A stretch of DNA of 64,000 bases from Dehalococcoidia bacterium. GTDB lineage: Bacteria > Chloroflexota > Dehalococcoidia > Bin125. Every line of letters begins with the position of its first letter. The first letter of the stretch is position 1. The position numbers were made by a program, and so were the translations under genes. The notes under the pieces are model-generated. The model saw nothing but the letters and a program-made list of their open reading frames with translations. It had not been told where the DNA came from and did not search any database. Below, piece after piece: positions 49,133 through 59,912 of the stretch. Location: NCBI GenBank assembly GCA_963663895.2, contig CAXXRD010000002.1, positions 64,001 to 128,000 on the forward strand. The letters are read 5' to 3'.

Positions 49133-49633
49133 GTGGTCATCAACATCGACGCCATCAAAACCCTGCGCGAACGTACGCAGGCCGGCGTCATGGACTGCCG
49201 CCAAGCGCTGGAGGAGGCCGACGGCGACATGGACCGGGCCACCGCCATCCTCCGTGACAAAGGCCTCGCCACCGCGAGCAAGCGTGCCGACCGCGAGACC
49301 AACCACGGCCTCGTCGAGGCCTATGTCCATGGCGGCCGCATCGGCGCCTTGGTGGAGATCAACTGCGAAACGGACTTCGTCGCCCGGACGGATCTCTTCA
49401 AGACGCTCGCGCACGACATCGCCATGCAGATCGCCTCGATGCAGCCTGCGGTGATCCGTCCCGAAGACCTCGACCCGGATGCTGCTGGCTCGTCCGAGCA
49501 ACTCGCCCTCCTCGCACAGCCCTTCATTAAAGACCAGTCCAAATCCGTGCAGGACCGCATCAACGAAACCGTTGCCAGTACCGGCGAGAAGATCAAGGTG
49601 CGCCGCATGATGCGCTACAGTCTCGGCGAGTAG
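49133..49633 (+). CDS. tsf: Elongation factor Ts (short form)
   Basis: LRERT.AG.MDC..AL, VEINCETDFVA, GE.I.VRR. Confidence 0.97.
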   Translation: MVINIDAIKTLRERTQAGVMDCRQALEEADGDMDRATAILRDKGLATASKRADRETNHGLVEAYVHGGRIGALVEINCETDFVARTDLFKTLAHDIAMQIASMQPAVIRPEDLDPDAAGSSEQLALLAQPFIKDQSKSVQDRINETVASTGEKIKVRRMMRYSLGE

Positions 49634-49661
49634 CGGCTGCAACCACTCCGAAGGAGTCCAC

Positions 49662-50411
49662 ATGGCTGCCGCGCGCAAAGAGCGAGTCCTGCTCAAGCTC
49701 AGCGGCGCGGCTTTGCTGGGCCAGCGCCCCTTCGGGCTTGACCCCCCCACCCTCCGCAACATCGCCCGCCAGCTGCAGCGCTGCCACGAGGCCGGCTTCG
49801 AAATGGCCGTCGTCGTCGGGGGCGGCAACCTCTTCCGCGGGGCCACGGCCGCCGAAGCCGGCTTCAACCGCGCCACCGCCGACTACGCCGGCATGCTCGC
49901 CACCGTCATCAACGCGCTCGCGCTGCAGGATGCCATCGAAGCGAAGGGCGTCCAAGTCCGCACTATGTCGGCCCTCAGCCTGGCCCAGGTCGCGGAGCCC
50001 TATATCCGCCGCCGCGCCATCCGCCACCTCGAGAAAGGCCGTCTCGTCCTCTTCGCCGCCGGCACCGGCAATCCTTACGTCACCACCGATACCGCCGCCG
50101 CCCTGCGCGGCGTCGAAGTCGGCGCCCAGCGCTTGCTGATGGCCAAAACCGGCGTCGACGGCGTCTACACCGCCGATCCCGCTATCGATCCCACCGCCGC
50201 GCGCTACGACACGCTCAGCTACCGCGACGCAATCACCAAACGCGTGCAGATCATGGACACCGCCGCCCTCTCGCTGTGTGAAGAGAACCAGCTTCCCATC
50301 GTAGTCTTTGATATCGCCCCGCTGGACGCTATCGTGCGGGCGGTGATCGATGGCTCCGCCGGGACACTGGTCGGTGCCGAACCGACTAAACTGACCCGGG
50401 AGGCGAGCTAA
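49662..50411 (+). CDS. pyrH: UMP kinase
   Basis: LLKLSG, VGGGN.FRG, GMLAT..N, GTGNPY.TTD. Confidence 0.97.
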   Translation: MAAARKERVLLKLSGAALLGQRPFGLDPPTLRNIARQLQRCHEAGFEMAVVVGGGNLFRGATAAEAGFNRATADYAGMLATVINALALQDAIEAKGVQVRTMSALSLAQVAEPYIRRRAIRHLEKGRLVLFAAGTGNPYVTTDTAAALRGVEVGAQRLLMAKTGVDGVYTADPAIDPTAARYDTLSYRDAITKRVQIMDTAALSLCEENQLPIVVFDIAPLDAIVRAVIDGSAGTLVGAEPTKLTREAS

Positions 50412-50439
50412 TCGAGGCGGCGCGCCCCGCTGAGGGATC

Positions 50440-51012
50440 ATGCCGGACGACGACCTCACCACCCTCGCCCTAGAAGACGCCGAGAGCCGCATGCACGGGG
50501 CCATTGAGGCGTTCAAGCGCGAGCTCGCGACCGTGCGCACCGGGCGTGCTCACCCAGCCCTGGTCGAGCATCTGCCGATCGATTACTTCGGTACGACCAT
50601 GCCACTCAATCAGCTCGCCACGATCACCGCCCCCGAGGCACGCCTCATCGTTATCCAGCCTTGGGACAAAAACGCCATTGATCCCATCACCAAAAGCATC
50701 CAGCGTTCGAACCTCGGACTGAATCCCCAGAACGATGGGGTCGTCGTGCGTCTCGCCATCCCCGAACTCACCGAGGAACGGCGGCGCGCCTTGGTCAAGC
50801 AAGTCACCCAAAAAAACGAGGCCGCGCGTATCGCCATCCGCAACGTCCGCCGCCACGCGCAGGATGATCTGCGCGGTCTGCTCAAGGCCAAGGAGATCTC
50901 CAAGGATGCCGAGCGCAGCGCGCACGAAGAGCTAGAGAAGCTCACCCATCGCTTCGTGGAGCAGGCGGACAAAGACGGCACCGAAAAGGAAAAGGAGCTG
51001 CTGGAGGTCTAG
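50440..51012 (+). CDS. frr: Ribosome recycling factor
   Basis: RTGRA.P, IQPWD, LGLNP.NDG, P.LTEERR, IRNVRR. Confidence 0.98.
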   Translation: MPDDDLTTLALEDAESRMHGAIEAFKRELATVRTGRAHPALVEHLPIDYFGTTMPLNQLATITAPEARLIVIQPWDKNAIDPITKSIQRSNLGLNPQNDGVVVRLAIPELTEERRRALVKQVTQKNEAARIAIRNVRRHAQDDLRGLLKAKEISKDAERSAHEELEKLTHRFVEQADKDGTEKEKELLEV

Positions 51013-51026
51013 CCTCCCCGCCGCTC

Positions 51027-51800
51027 ATGGCCCAACCCGAACAGCCCTCCATACCCCGCCACGTCGCGCTCATCATGGACGGCAACGGGCGCTGGGCGGA
51101 GGCGCGCGGCCTCTCCCGTACCGCCGGGCACCGTGCCGGCACCGAGAACATCCGCACCGTCATTGAGACCTTCGGCGAGCGCGGCGTCGAATGTCTCACG
51201 CTCTACGCCTTTAGCACGGAAAACTGGGGGCGCCCGAAATGGGAAGTGGATTCCCTCCTGCGCATTCTCGCTCGCACCATCCGTAAAGAAGTCCGCCCCC
51301 TCCACGAGGCGGGCGTCCGGCTGCGTTGGATCGGCCGCATCAACGTGCTCCCCGCGCGGCTGCAGCAGCAGATCGAGAATGCCGTCGAGTTGACCCGCCA
51401 CAACGACAAGATGACCGTTTGCGCCGCCTTCAACTACGGCGCGCGCGCGGAGATCGTCGAGGCCGTGCAACGCATCGCCAGCGAGGGCGTTCCGCCCGAC
51501 GCCATCGACGAGGCCCTCGTCGCCAGCCGCCTCTACACGGCCGGCCTTCCCGACCCCGACCTCATCGTCCGCACCGGCGGCGAGTGGCGCCTCTCCAACT
51601 TTCTCCTCTGGCAAGCCGCCTATGCGGAGTACCACAGCACCCCGACCTACTGGCCCGACTTCTCCAAGGCAGACATCGACGAGGCCCTCGCCGTCTACCA
51701 GCGGCGCGTGCGCAAGTTCGGCGCGCTGGTCGACGACGGCCGTGGCAACGGCCCCACCCCCGCGCGCGCCGCCGCGCAGCCCGGTGGGAACGGCGCCTGA
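51027..51800 (+). CDS. uppS: cis-Prenyltransferase
   Basis: HVALIMDGNGRWA, YAFSTENW.RP, RTGGE.RLSNFLLWQ. Confidence 0.97.
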   Translation: MAQPEQPSIPRHVALIMDGNGRWAEARGLSRTAGHRAGTENIRTVIETFGERGVECLTLYAFSTENWGRPKWEVDSLLRILARTIRKEVRPLHEAGVRLRWIGRINVLPARLQQQIENAVELTRHNDKMTVCAAFNYGARAEIVEAVQRIASEGVPPDAIDEALVASRLYTAGLPDPDLIVRTGGEWRLSNFLLWQAAYAEYHSTPTYWPDFSKADIDEALAVYQRRVRKFGALVDDGRGNGPTPARAAAQPGGNGA

Positions 51801-52685
51801 TTGATGTCGCTCGCCTCCCAGATCTGGAACCGGGGCTGGCGGCTTTTCGTCTCCTCTCCCCTGTTCCTGCGCGTGGTGACCGCCGCGCCGGCCGTGCCGA
51901 TCGTCGTTGTCGCGATCCTGGAGGGTGGCGGGCTCTGGGCCGCTATCGTCGCGCTCACGCTCGTCGTCGCGATGATCGAGTTCGCCTCTGCGGTGGGAAT
52001 CTCCCGGCGCGACCCGCTGCTCGCCATCTTGGTCGCCGCCGCCGCCGCTATCCCGGCCGTCGCCCTTCTCAGTGACATTCCCCGCACCTGGCCCTTGACC
52101 GCAGCACTGCTCGCCCTCGCCGCGTTTCCGATCGCCGCCGGCACCGGCCTGCGCCTCGGCGGCCTGATCAAGCCGACCGATATCCGCGCCCTCGCCCCCC
52201 GCCTGGCCTATGCCGCCTTCGCGCTGATCTATTTCGCCTGGCTGGGCAGCTTCCTCGTCGCCTTGCGAGAACTGCCCCAAGGCGAGGAGTGGACCCTGCT
52301 CGCCCTCTTCGCCGTCATGGCCGCCGACACGGGCGCCTTCGTCGTGGGCAAGCTCGGCGGACGCCGCCCGCTCGTGCCACAGCTCAGCCCCAATAAGACC
52401 GTCGAAGGCGCGCTCGGTGGCTTCGCCGCCGGCTTCGCCACCGTCCTGCTGATCAACCTCCTACCAGATCTCAACGTCCCGCTAGAGAAGATGGTCATCC
52501 TGGCGCTCGTCCTGCCCCTCATGGCCGGGATCGGGGATCTGGCCGAATCCACGCTGAAGCGATCACTGAACGTGAAAGACATCGGCGGCATGCTCCCCGG
52601 CCACGGTGGCGTCCCCGACCGCCTCGACAGCCTGCTCTTCGGCGTGCCGACGGTATACTTTTTTGTACTATGGGCCGTGGTCTGA
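51801..52685 (+). CDS. cdsA: Phosphatidate cytidylyltransferase
   Basis: D..A...G, SPNKT.EG, GDL.ES.LKR...VKD.G..LPGHGG..DR.DS. Confidence 0.95.
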   Translation: MMSLASQIWNRGWRLFVSSPLFLRVVTAAPAVPIVVVAILEGGGLWAAIVALTLVVAMIEFASAVGISRRDPLLAILVAAAAAIPAVALLSDIPRTWPLTAALLALAAFPIAAGTGLRLGGLIKPTDIRALAPRLAYAAFALIYFAWLGSFLVALRELPQGEEWTLLALFAVMAADTGAFVVGKLGGRRPLVPQLSPNKTVEGALGGFAAGFATVLLINLLPDLNVPLEKMVILALVLPLMAGIGDLAESTLKRSLNVKDIGGMLPGHGGVPDRLDSLLFGVPTVYFFVLWAVV

Positions 52686-53824
52686 CTCGCGTCCTCGTCC
52701 TCGGCAGCACCGGCAGCATCGGCACCCAAACTCTCGATGTCATCCGTTCCCTCCCGACGCACTTCCAAGTGGTGGGCCTGGCGGCCGGCAGCAATCTCGA
52801 TCTGCTCGCCCAGCAGGCGCGGGAGTTCCATCCTCAACTCCTCTGGTGTGAGCGCGCCGCGCCCGCAGCACTGGCCGACTTGGCTTCCCAAATAGGAGCA
52901 GTGGTGACCCCGCTGGAGGAGATGGTTTCCGCCGTCGATCTCGACGTGGTGGCCGTCGGCACCGCCGGGCGCGCCGGTCTTGAGCCGACCTTGACCGCTC
53001 TCCAGCAAGGCCGCGCCGTCGCCCTCGCGAATAAAGAGGTGATCGTCATGGCCGGCCACCTCGTGCGGCGCGCGGCCGATGAAGGCGGTGGGCAGCTGCG
53101 GCCCGTCGACTCGGAGCACTCGGCGATCTGGCAGTGCCTCTGGGGCGAAGAGGGCAACGACATTCGACGCATCATCCTCACCGCCTCCGGCGGCGCCCTG
53201 CGCAACTTGCCCGCCAGTGCCCTTGCCCAGGTCACGCCCGAGCAGGCGCTCGCCCATCCCACTTGGAAGATGGGCCCCAAGATCACCGTCGACTCCGCCA
53301 CCCTCCTCAACAAAGGGCTGGAAACGATCGAGGCGCGCTGGCTCTTCGACGTGCCCTATGACCGCGTGGAGGTAGTGCAGCACGCCGAATCGATCGTGCA
53401 CTCCCTCGTCGAGTTCGGCGATGGCTCGGTCAAGGCCCAGCTCGGCAATCCAGACATGCGCCTGCCCATTCAGTGCGCACTCAGCTACCCCGGGCGCCTG
53501 CAGCCCACCGTCGCCCCCTTGGACCTCCCCGCGATCGGCGCGCTCACCTTCGAAACGCCCGACCTGGAGCGCTACCCTTGCCTGCGCCTCGCCATGGAGG
53601 CCGGCCGCCAAGGCGGTACCTATCCCACCGTCCTCGCCGCCGCCGACGAGGTCGCCGTCGGCGCCTTCCTCAACGGAGCGATCCGCTTCACGCAGATCCC
53701 AACCGCGATCGCGTCTGCCCTCGACGCGCACACCTCCACCCCAGATCCCACGCTCGGCGCAATCGACGAAGCCGACCGTTGGGCGCGCGACTTCGCCACC
53801 CACTGGCTGGCGGCGCGAGTCTAG
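52670..53824 (+). CDS. dxr: 1-deoxy-D-xylulose-5-phosphate reductoisomerase
   Basis: LGSTGSIG.Q, LANKE, PVDSEHSAI, HP.W.MG.KIT.DSAT. Confidence 0.97.
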   Translation: MGRGLTRVLVLGSTGSIGTQTLDVIRSLPTHFQVVGLAAGSNLDLLAQQAREFHPQLLWCERAAPAALADLASQIGAVVTPLEEMVSAVDLDVVAVGTAGRAGLEPTLTALQQGRAVALANKEVIVMAGHLVRRAADEGGGQLRPVDSEHSAIWQCLWGEEGNDIRRIILTASGGALRNLPASALAQVTPEQALAHPTWKMGPKITVDSATLLNKGLETIEARWLFDVPYDRVEVVQHAESIVHSLVEFGDGSVKAQLGNPDMRLPIQCALSYPGRLQPTVAPLDLPAIGALTFETPDLERYPCLRLAMEAGRQGGTYPTVLAAADEVAVGAFLNGAIRFTQIPTAIASALDAHTSTPDPTLGAIDEADRWARDFATHWLAARV

Positions 53825-53826
53825 CC

Positions 53827-55521
53827 GTGCTCGATACCATCCTCCCCTTCATCGGCATCCTGCTCGGACTCGTGATCCTGCACGAACTCGGCCACTTCGT
53901 CGTGGCCAAGCTCGCGGGTGTGCGCGTCGAAGAGTTCGGTATCGGCATGCCCCCGCGGATCGCCGGCATCCGCTTTGGCGAAACCCTCTACTCGATCAAT
54001 TGGCTGCCCCTGGGCGGCTTCGTGCGCCTCACCGGGGAGGAAAGCGCGCGCGTCTTCGTCGCCACCGTCAACGCCCAGAGTGCCGCCGCCCGCGCCGGTC
54101 TGCACGCGGGCGACGTCATCCTGAAAGTCGACGGCACGCCCGTCCACAGCGACGAGCAACTCGCCAAGCAACTCCGCCTGGCCGCCGCCGACAGCGGCCC
54201 GATCCCGATCGAGATCGAGCGCGAGCAGCAGGGGGCGCGGGGGGCCGAACTGGAACGGCGCACCCTCCTGCTAGAGCCGCAGACGGTCCCCGCCACAGCG
54301 ACCGCTGCGGCAGCGCGCCCCGCCGGGCCCGCTGCCGGGATCGGCAGCATCGCCGGCATCCAAACCAGCCCGGACCCTCGCTCCCTCGCCACCAAGCCGC
54401 GCCCCGTGCGCATCGCCGTGATGGCGGCCGGCGCCGTCACCAACTTCATCGTCCCGATCGTGCTCTTCGCCGTCGCTGCGCTCATTCCCCAAGCCGCGCC
54501 CGGGGGCCCCGCGGTCATCACCTCCGTCGTCGAAGGCGCCCCCGCCGAACGCGCCGGACTGCGGGCCGGCGATCGCGTAGTCAGCATCAACGGCGAGCCG
54601 ATCCGACACGCCGGCGACCTTTCTCTCGCCATTCAACTGAACGTCGGCAACCAAGTGGAGTTCGTTGTCGAGCGGGAGGTCTACGCGGAGGGCACTGCCC
54701 AACGCCAGAGCTTCCAGCTACAGCTCTTCACGACCGTCGTGCAAGCACGGCTCGCGCCGCAGGACCTCGATCACGTCGTGCAGCCGGACGAAACCATCCA
54801 CGACATCGCTGCCCTGCTGGGTGTGAGCGCCACCCAAGTCCTGCGCGGCGCCGGCCTCGGCGCCGGCTTTCCCATCGACGAGGGCACCGAGCTCGTGCTC
54901 GCGGACGGCACCCGCTACGTCGTCCAGCAAGACGATACCGCGGAGTCGATCGCCGACGACCTGTTCGTCCGCAACCAAGTGATCTACGACGCCGCCGGCA
55001 TCGACCCCATACGGCTGGAGCCCGGCATGACGGTCAGCGTGGAGCAAGGCCCCACCGGCATCACCATCGCCAATCTCCGCCCCACCACCGTCACGGAGCG
55101 CTCGGACTTCTTCGCCGCCGTCGAGACCGGATGGACGCGCACCGTCGACACGTTCATGCTCGTACGTAATCGCATTCGCTCCTGGATCGCCGGCGGCGAC
55201 CCCATCACGGTCAGCGGCCCCATCGGCTTGGCCCGCGCCACGGACGAGATCGTCGAACGCGCCGGCTGGCTGCGCCTGATCGAACTCGCTGCGCTCCTCA
55301 GCCTCAACCTGGCCGTGATCAACATCCTGCCCCTGCCCATGCTTGATGGCGGCCGCATCATGTTCGTCCTGATCGAGATCGCCCGGCGCGGCCGCCGGAT
55401 CTCCCCCGAGAAAGAGGGCCTAGTGCACCTCACCGGCTTCGCGATCATCATCGCCTTCATGGTGATCGTCGGCTACTTCGACGTCATCCGCGCTATCGCC
55501 GGCGAAAGCGCTCTGCGCTAA
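53827..55521 (+). CDS. rseP: Site-2 protease RseP/RasP with two PDZ and two LysM-like inserts
   Basis: HELGH, PLGGFV, AG..N and NILPLP.LDGG; LysM-like HVVQPDETIHDIA and YVVQQDDTAESIA. Confidence 0.92.
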   Translation: MLDTILPFIGILLGLVILHELGHFVVAKLAGVRVEEFGIGMPPRIAGIRFGETLYSINWLPLGGFVRLTGEESARVFVATVNAQSAAARAGLHAGDVILKVDGTPVHSDEQLAKQLRLAAADSGPIPIEIEREQQGARGAELERRTLLLEPQTVPATATAAAARPAGPAAGIGSIAGIQTSPDPRSLATKPRPVRIAVMAAGAVTNFIVPIVLFAVAALIPQAAPGGPAVITSVVEGAPAERAGLRAGDRVVSINGEPIRHAGDLSLAIQLNVGNQVEFVVEREVYAEGTAQRQSFQLQLFTTVVQARLAPQDLDHVVQPDETIHDIAALLGVSATQVLRGAGLGAGFPIDEGTELVLADGTRYVVQQDDTAESIADDLFVRNQVIYDAAGIDPIRLEPGMTVSVEQGPTGITIANLRPTTVTERSDFFAAVETGWTRTVDTFMLVRNRIRSWIAGGDPITVSGPIGLARATDEIVERAGWLRLIELAALLSLNLAVINILPLPMLDGGRIMFVLIEIARRGRRISPEKEGLVHLTGFAIIIAFMVIVGYFDVIRAIAGESALR

Positions 55522-55562
55522 GCGGGAAGCGCAAGCACGCTCCCGCAAACCACAAGCCGGGG

Positions 55563-56699
55563 CTAGACGGCGGTGCGCTCCGCGATGATCGCGTCCAACT
55601 CCACCCGCAGCCTCCCCAACACCTCGTCGTACGCGTAGGCGCCCAAGCTTTCCTCGCCTCGCTTGAGGTTGACCGCCACCGGCCCGCACCACAAGCCAAG
55701 ATCCGCGTCGTCCGTTTCTCCAGGGCCGTTCACCCGGCAGCCCATCACCGCGATCGTGACATCGTGATCCTTGGCATAGGCCGTCATCTCCTTGACATCC
55801 TGCGCCAGCTCGATGAACGCCTCGTTCTCCACTCGCGAGCAGGACGGACAGGAGATGATGTTCAACCCTTGGTCCAGCGAGGCGGGCACCGACCGGAACC
55901 GCCCCGCCTGAATATCCGCGATGATCTCCCGCGCCACCGTCACCTCGCGCCCCTTCTCCTCGAAAGGCACCGTCAGGGAGACCCGCACCGTGTCGCCGAT
56001 CCCCTGCGTGATCAGCTGCTCGAAAGCCACCCGCGTCTTGATCTCACCCTCCGGCGGCATCCCCGCCTCCGTCACTCCCAAGTGCAGCGGGACATCGGGC
56101 CGTTCTGCCGCAAAGCGTCGATTGCCCTCGACCACCTTGCGCCAGTCCGAATCCTTCAGGGAAACCACGTAGCGCTCAAACCCCATCCGGTCCAGCAACG
56201 CACAATGCTCCAGCGCGCTGGCCACCATCCCGCTGACGTGATCGCTGCCGTAGCGCTCCAACATCCGCGGATCGACCGAGCCGCAATTCACGCCCACGCG
56301 CAGCGCGCAGTCGTGCTCCATCGCCGTCTCCGCCAGGAACGCTACCTTCTCCTCAATGGCGCGATCCTTCTCGTGGTGGTGAAGGTGCCCGGGGTTGTAG
56401 CGCATCTTGTCCACGTGCGGCGCCACCAACGCCGCCAGCCGGTAATTCTCCTGCAGGTCGACCGAGAGCGGCGCCGACGTCCGCCGCCGTACTTCCGCCA
56501 GCGCGGCCACGTCGCGCTTCGAGTCCACTGCCACCCGCACCAGATCGGCCCCGGCGGCCTCGATCAGCTCCACCTGCCGCACCGTCGCATCGATGTCCTG
56601 CGTACGCGTCGCGGCCATCGACTGGACCGCGATCGGCGCCCCTCCGCCCAGCGTCAGCGGCCCAACCCCGACAGCGCGTGTGATCCGACGTTCGGCCAT
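55563..56699 (-). CDS. ispG: HMBPP synthase
   Basis: [42 protein letters not shown]. Confidence 0.96.
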   Translation of the reverse strand: MAERRITRAVGVGPLTLGGGAPIAVQSMAATRTQDIDATVRQVELIEAAGADLVRVAVDSKRDVAALAEVRRRTSAPLSVDLQENYRLAALVAPHVDKMRYNPGHLHHHEKDRAIEEKVAFLAETAMEHDCALRVGVNCGSVDPRMLERYGSDHVSGMVASALEHCALLDRMGFERYVVSLKDSDWRKVVEGNRRFAAERPDVPLHLGVTEAGMPPEGEIKTRVAFEQLITQGIGDTVRVSLTVPFEEKGREVTVAREIIADIQAGRFRSVPASLDQGLNIISCPSCSRVENEAFIELAQDVKEMTAYAKDHDVTIAVMGCRVNGPGETDDADLGLWCGPVAVNLKRGEESLGAYAYDEVLGRLRVELDAIIAERTAV

Positions 56700-56810
56700 C
56701 GCCGCCCTTCAGCCATCCGGCTCACGGGGGCATTCTCGCACCGGCAGCGAGGCGCGAGCCAGCACCATGTTACGCGACCCCGCAATGCGCGCGGTCGGTA
56801 CCCTGCACCC

Positions 56811-57137
56811 GTGCCCTTCGACGCCATCTTCCTCACGCTCTTCTTCCTCACCTGGTGCCTGCTGGCGCTGCTGCCGTGGATCGCGCTGAGCGTCCGGCGG
56901 CAAGCCCACGGAGCGATCTGGGCCTTCCCCTTCGCGCTCGTGGGAGGAGCCGCGGGCGGCATGCTCGTGCCGCTCCTCGGCCTGGACAACGGCCTGGGCG
57001 TGGGCGTCAGCATGCTCACCGCTCCCACCGGCGGCGCGCTCCTCAGCGCGCTCGCTTTTTTCGCTTGGGACCGGTACACGCTCGGCCAACGGTTCGCCCG
57101 GCTCGGCCTGCAGCAACCGACGCCGCCCCGCCGCTAA
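56811..57137 (+). CDS. Small membrane protein
   Basis: Three hydrophobic Gly-rich segments; fills the ispG-proS gap. Confidence 0.65.
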   Translation: MPFDAIFLTLFFLTWCLLALLPWIALSVRRQAHGAIWAFPFALVGGAAGGMLVPLLGLDNGLGVGVSMLTAPTGGALLSALAFFAWDRYTLGQRFARLGLQQPTPPRR

Positions 57138-57184
57138 TCTCCTCATGGCCCGCAAGCGGGACCGTGGCTACACTCAACGACGCC

Positions 57185-58900
57185 ATGGCCACCCGCATGA
57201 GCCAGCTGTTCGGGCGCACACTGCGCGAGGCGCCAGCCGAGGCCGAGAGCGCCAATCACCAGCTACTTCTGCGCGCCGGCTTGATCGCCCAGCTCTCCGC
57301 CGGCGTGTATTCCTATCTGCCGCTGGCCTGGCGAGCGCTACGGAAGATCGAGGCGATTATCCGCGACGAAATGGACGCCGCCAGCGCCCAAGAACTCCTC
57401 ATGCCGATCATCCAGCCACTCGAACTCTGGCGCGAGACCGGCCGGGACGAAGCCTACGGCGAGGTGCTCTTCCGCCTGCGCGACCGGCGCGAGCACGAGC
57501 ACGTCCTCGCTCCCACCCACGAAGAGTCGGTCACGGACCTCGTGCGCCGGACCGTGCAGTCCTACCGCGAGCTGCCGGTGACGCTCTACCAAATCCAGCA
57601 GAAATTCCGCGACGAGCCGCGGCCGCGTGGCGGCCTGGTCCGCGTCCGTCAATTCATCATGAAGGATGCGTACTCCTTCGATCGCGATGAGGAAGGATTC
57701 CAGCGCTCCTACGACGCTATGAGACGCGCCTACGCCAACATCTTCGACCGGTGCGGCGTTCCCACCCTGCCGGTCGAGGCCGATTCCGGCGCCATCGGCG
57801 GCAAGATCTCCCAGGAGTTCGTCTTCCTCTCCGAAATTGGCGAGGACACCATCGCCCTCTGCCCCAGTTGCCGCTACGGCGCCAACACCGAACGCGCGGA
57901 GTTCCGGCGCGGCGACCCCGTCCAGGAAACCCCTCTCCCCTTGGAGGAGATCGCCACGCCGGAGATCACAACCATTGAGGCCCTGGCCGACTACCTGCAG
58001 ATCGCCCCGCGCCAAACTGCCAAGGCGATCTTCTACCTCGCCGATGGCGCGCCCATCTTCGCCGTGATCCGCGGCGACCTCGGAGTGAACGAAGTCAAGC
58101 TGGCTAACCTCCTCGGCGCCCGCGACCTCCGTTCCATGGACGACCAAGCAGTCGCCGCCGCTGGTTGGACGGCCGGCTACGCGTCGCCCATCGGCCTCAA
58201 GAACGTCCGCGCCGTCGCCGACATCTCCATACCGGATGCCTCCAACCTCGTCGCGGGCGCGAACAAGCCCAACACGCACCTCGGCAACACCAACTACGGC
58301 CGCGACTGGACTGCCGAGATCGTCGGCGACATCGGCTCCGCCCAGGCAGGTCTGCCCTGTCCCCGCTGTGGCGAGCCGCTGGAAACGCACCGAGCCATCG
58401 AGCTGGGCCACGTCTTCAAGCTCGGCACCGGCTATAGCGAGAAGATGGCCACCACCTTTTCCGCCGCCGACGGCGAGCAGCGCTTTCCCATCATGGGCTG
58501 CTACGGCATCGGCTTGGAGCGACTGCTGGCCGCGGTCATCGAAGCCAATCACGACGAGGGCGGAATCCGCTGGCCCCGCTCCGTCGCCCCCTACGACATC
58601 CACATCGTCGCCATCGACGCAGACAGGGACGAGGTCCGCGCACTCGTCGCGTCGGTGGCAGCAGAGCTGGAAGCCGCCGGCTACAGCCTCCTCATTGACG
58701 ACCGGGACGAGCGCCCCGGAGTCAAGTTCAACGACGCCGACCTCCTCGGCATGCCGCTACGGCTCACGCTCGGCCCCCGCAGCCTCAAGAACGATGCCGT
58801 GGAGCTCAAAGCCCGCAACACCGCAGCGGTGCAGCAAGTCGCGCGCGCCAACCTCCTCGCCGCGACCACCGCCGCTTTCACCGACGCGGCGGCCTGCTAG
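57185..58900 (+). CDS. proS: Proline-tRNA ligase (with editing domain)
   Basis: LAPTHEE, KFRDE.RPR.G..R.R.F.MKD.YSF, GHVFKLG, MGCYGIG.ER. Confidence 0.98.
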   Translation: MATRMSQLFGRTLREAPAEAESANHQLLLRAGLIAQLSAGVYSYLPLAWRALRKIEAIIRDEMDAASAQELLMPIIQPLELWRETGRDEAYGEVLFRLRDRREHEHVLAPTHEESVTDLVRRTVQSYRELPVTLYQIQQKFRDEPRPRGGLVRVRQFIMKDAYSFDRDEEGFQRSYDAMRRAYANIFDRCGVPTLPVEADSGAIGGKISQEFVFLSEIGEDTIALCPSCRYGANTERAEFRRGDPVQETPLPLEEIATPEITTIEALADYLQIAPRQTAKAIFYLADGAPIFAVIRGDLGVNEVKLANLLGARDLRSMDDQAVAAAGWTAGYASPIGLKNVRAVADISIPDASNLVAGANKPNTHLGNTNYGRDWTAEIVGDIGSAQAGLPCPRCGEPLETHRAIELGHVFKLGTGYSEKMATTFSAADGEQRFPIMGCYGIGLERLLAAVIEANHDEGGIRWPRSVAPYDIHIVAIDADRDEVRALVASVAAELEAAGYSLLIDDRDERPGVKFNDADLLGMPLRLTLGPRSLKNDAVELKARNTAAVQQVARANLLAATTAAFTDAAAC

Positions 58901-58979
58901 CCCCGTACCCGTAAAACAGGGTAGTTATAGACAATAGTAGCACTCCTATGGTACTATAAGTACGTAAAGGGGGTGCGTA

Positions 58980-59912
58980 ATGGCCGGTGGACCGGGGCGA
59001 TCGGAGCGGGAAGGGCTGACGCTGGCGGAGCTGTTCAAGCGGTTCCCCGACGATGCGAAGGCAGAGGCATGGTTCGTAGCAGGGCGCTGGTCAGATGGCC
59101 CGATCTGCCCGCACTGTGAGTCCGACACGATCAAGATCGGCCCGAAGCATCCGACGATGCCCTACCGCTGCCGTGCCTGCAAGAAGTACTTCAGCGTCAA
59201 GATGGGGACCGTGATGGAGGGGTCGAACCTCGGCTACCAGACGTGGGCCATTGCGATTTACCGCATGACGACCAGTCTGCGCGGCGTCTCCAGCATGCAG
59301 CTTCACCGCGATCTGGGGATCTCCCAGAAGGCGGCTTGGCACTTGGCCCACCGCATCCGGCAGGCGTTCGGCACGCCAGCGGAACCGATGGCCGGCCCGG
59401 TCGAAGTGGATGAGACCTACATCGGCGGACTGGAAGGCAACAAGCACGAATCCAAGCGCCAGCACCGGGGCCATGATGGCAAAGTCGCGGTCATTGGCGC
59501 GAAGGACCGGGCGACCGGGAAGGTGCGAGCGGAAGTGCTCGGCAAGGCGGAAGCGCCCCGCATGCGGGAGTTCGTGCGGCGGCAGGCGGCTCCGAAAGCG
59601 TCGGTCTACTCGGACGGGCATGGAGCCTACACGTCGCTGGAAGGAGAGTTCCGCCACCGCGCGGTCCAGCATGCGGCGGGAACCTACGTCATCTTCGATA
59701 CGCACACGAACGGGATCGAGGGGTTCTGGTCGCAACTCAAGCGCGGCTACCACGGAACCTACACGCATTGGAGCGCGAAGCACACGCACCGCTACCTGGA
59801 TGAGTTCACAGGCCGCTACAACGCCCGGAGCGCAGACACCGTGGACCAGATGGCGGGCATCGCCAAGGGGATGCAGGGGAAGCGGCTCCGATACCGAGAA
59901 CTCGTGGCTTAA
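58980..59912 (+). CDS. IS1595-family transposase
   Basis: Zn ribbon CPHC..CRAC, HTH, VEVDETY, SDG, HTNGIEGFWS, YLDEF. Confidence 0.96.
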   Translation: MAGGPGRSEREGLTLAELFKRFPDDAKAEAWFVAGRWSDGPICPHCESDTIKIGPKHPTMPYRCRACKKYFSVKMGTVMEGSNLGYQTWAIAIYRMTTSLRGVSSMQLHRDLGISQKAAWHLAHRIRQAFGTPAEPMAGPVEVDETYIGGLEGNKHESKRQHRGHDGKVAVIGAKDRATGKVRAEVLGKAEAPRMREFVRRQAAPKASVYSDGHGAYTSLEGEFRHRAVQHAAGTYVIFDTHTNGIEGFWSQLKRGYHGTYTHWSAKHTHRYLDEFTGRYNARSADTVDQMAGIAKGMQGKRLRYRELVA

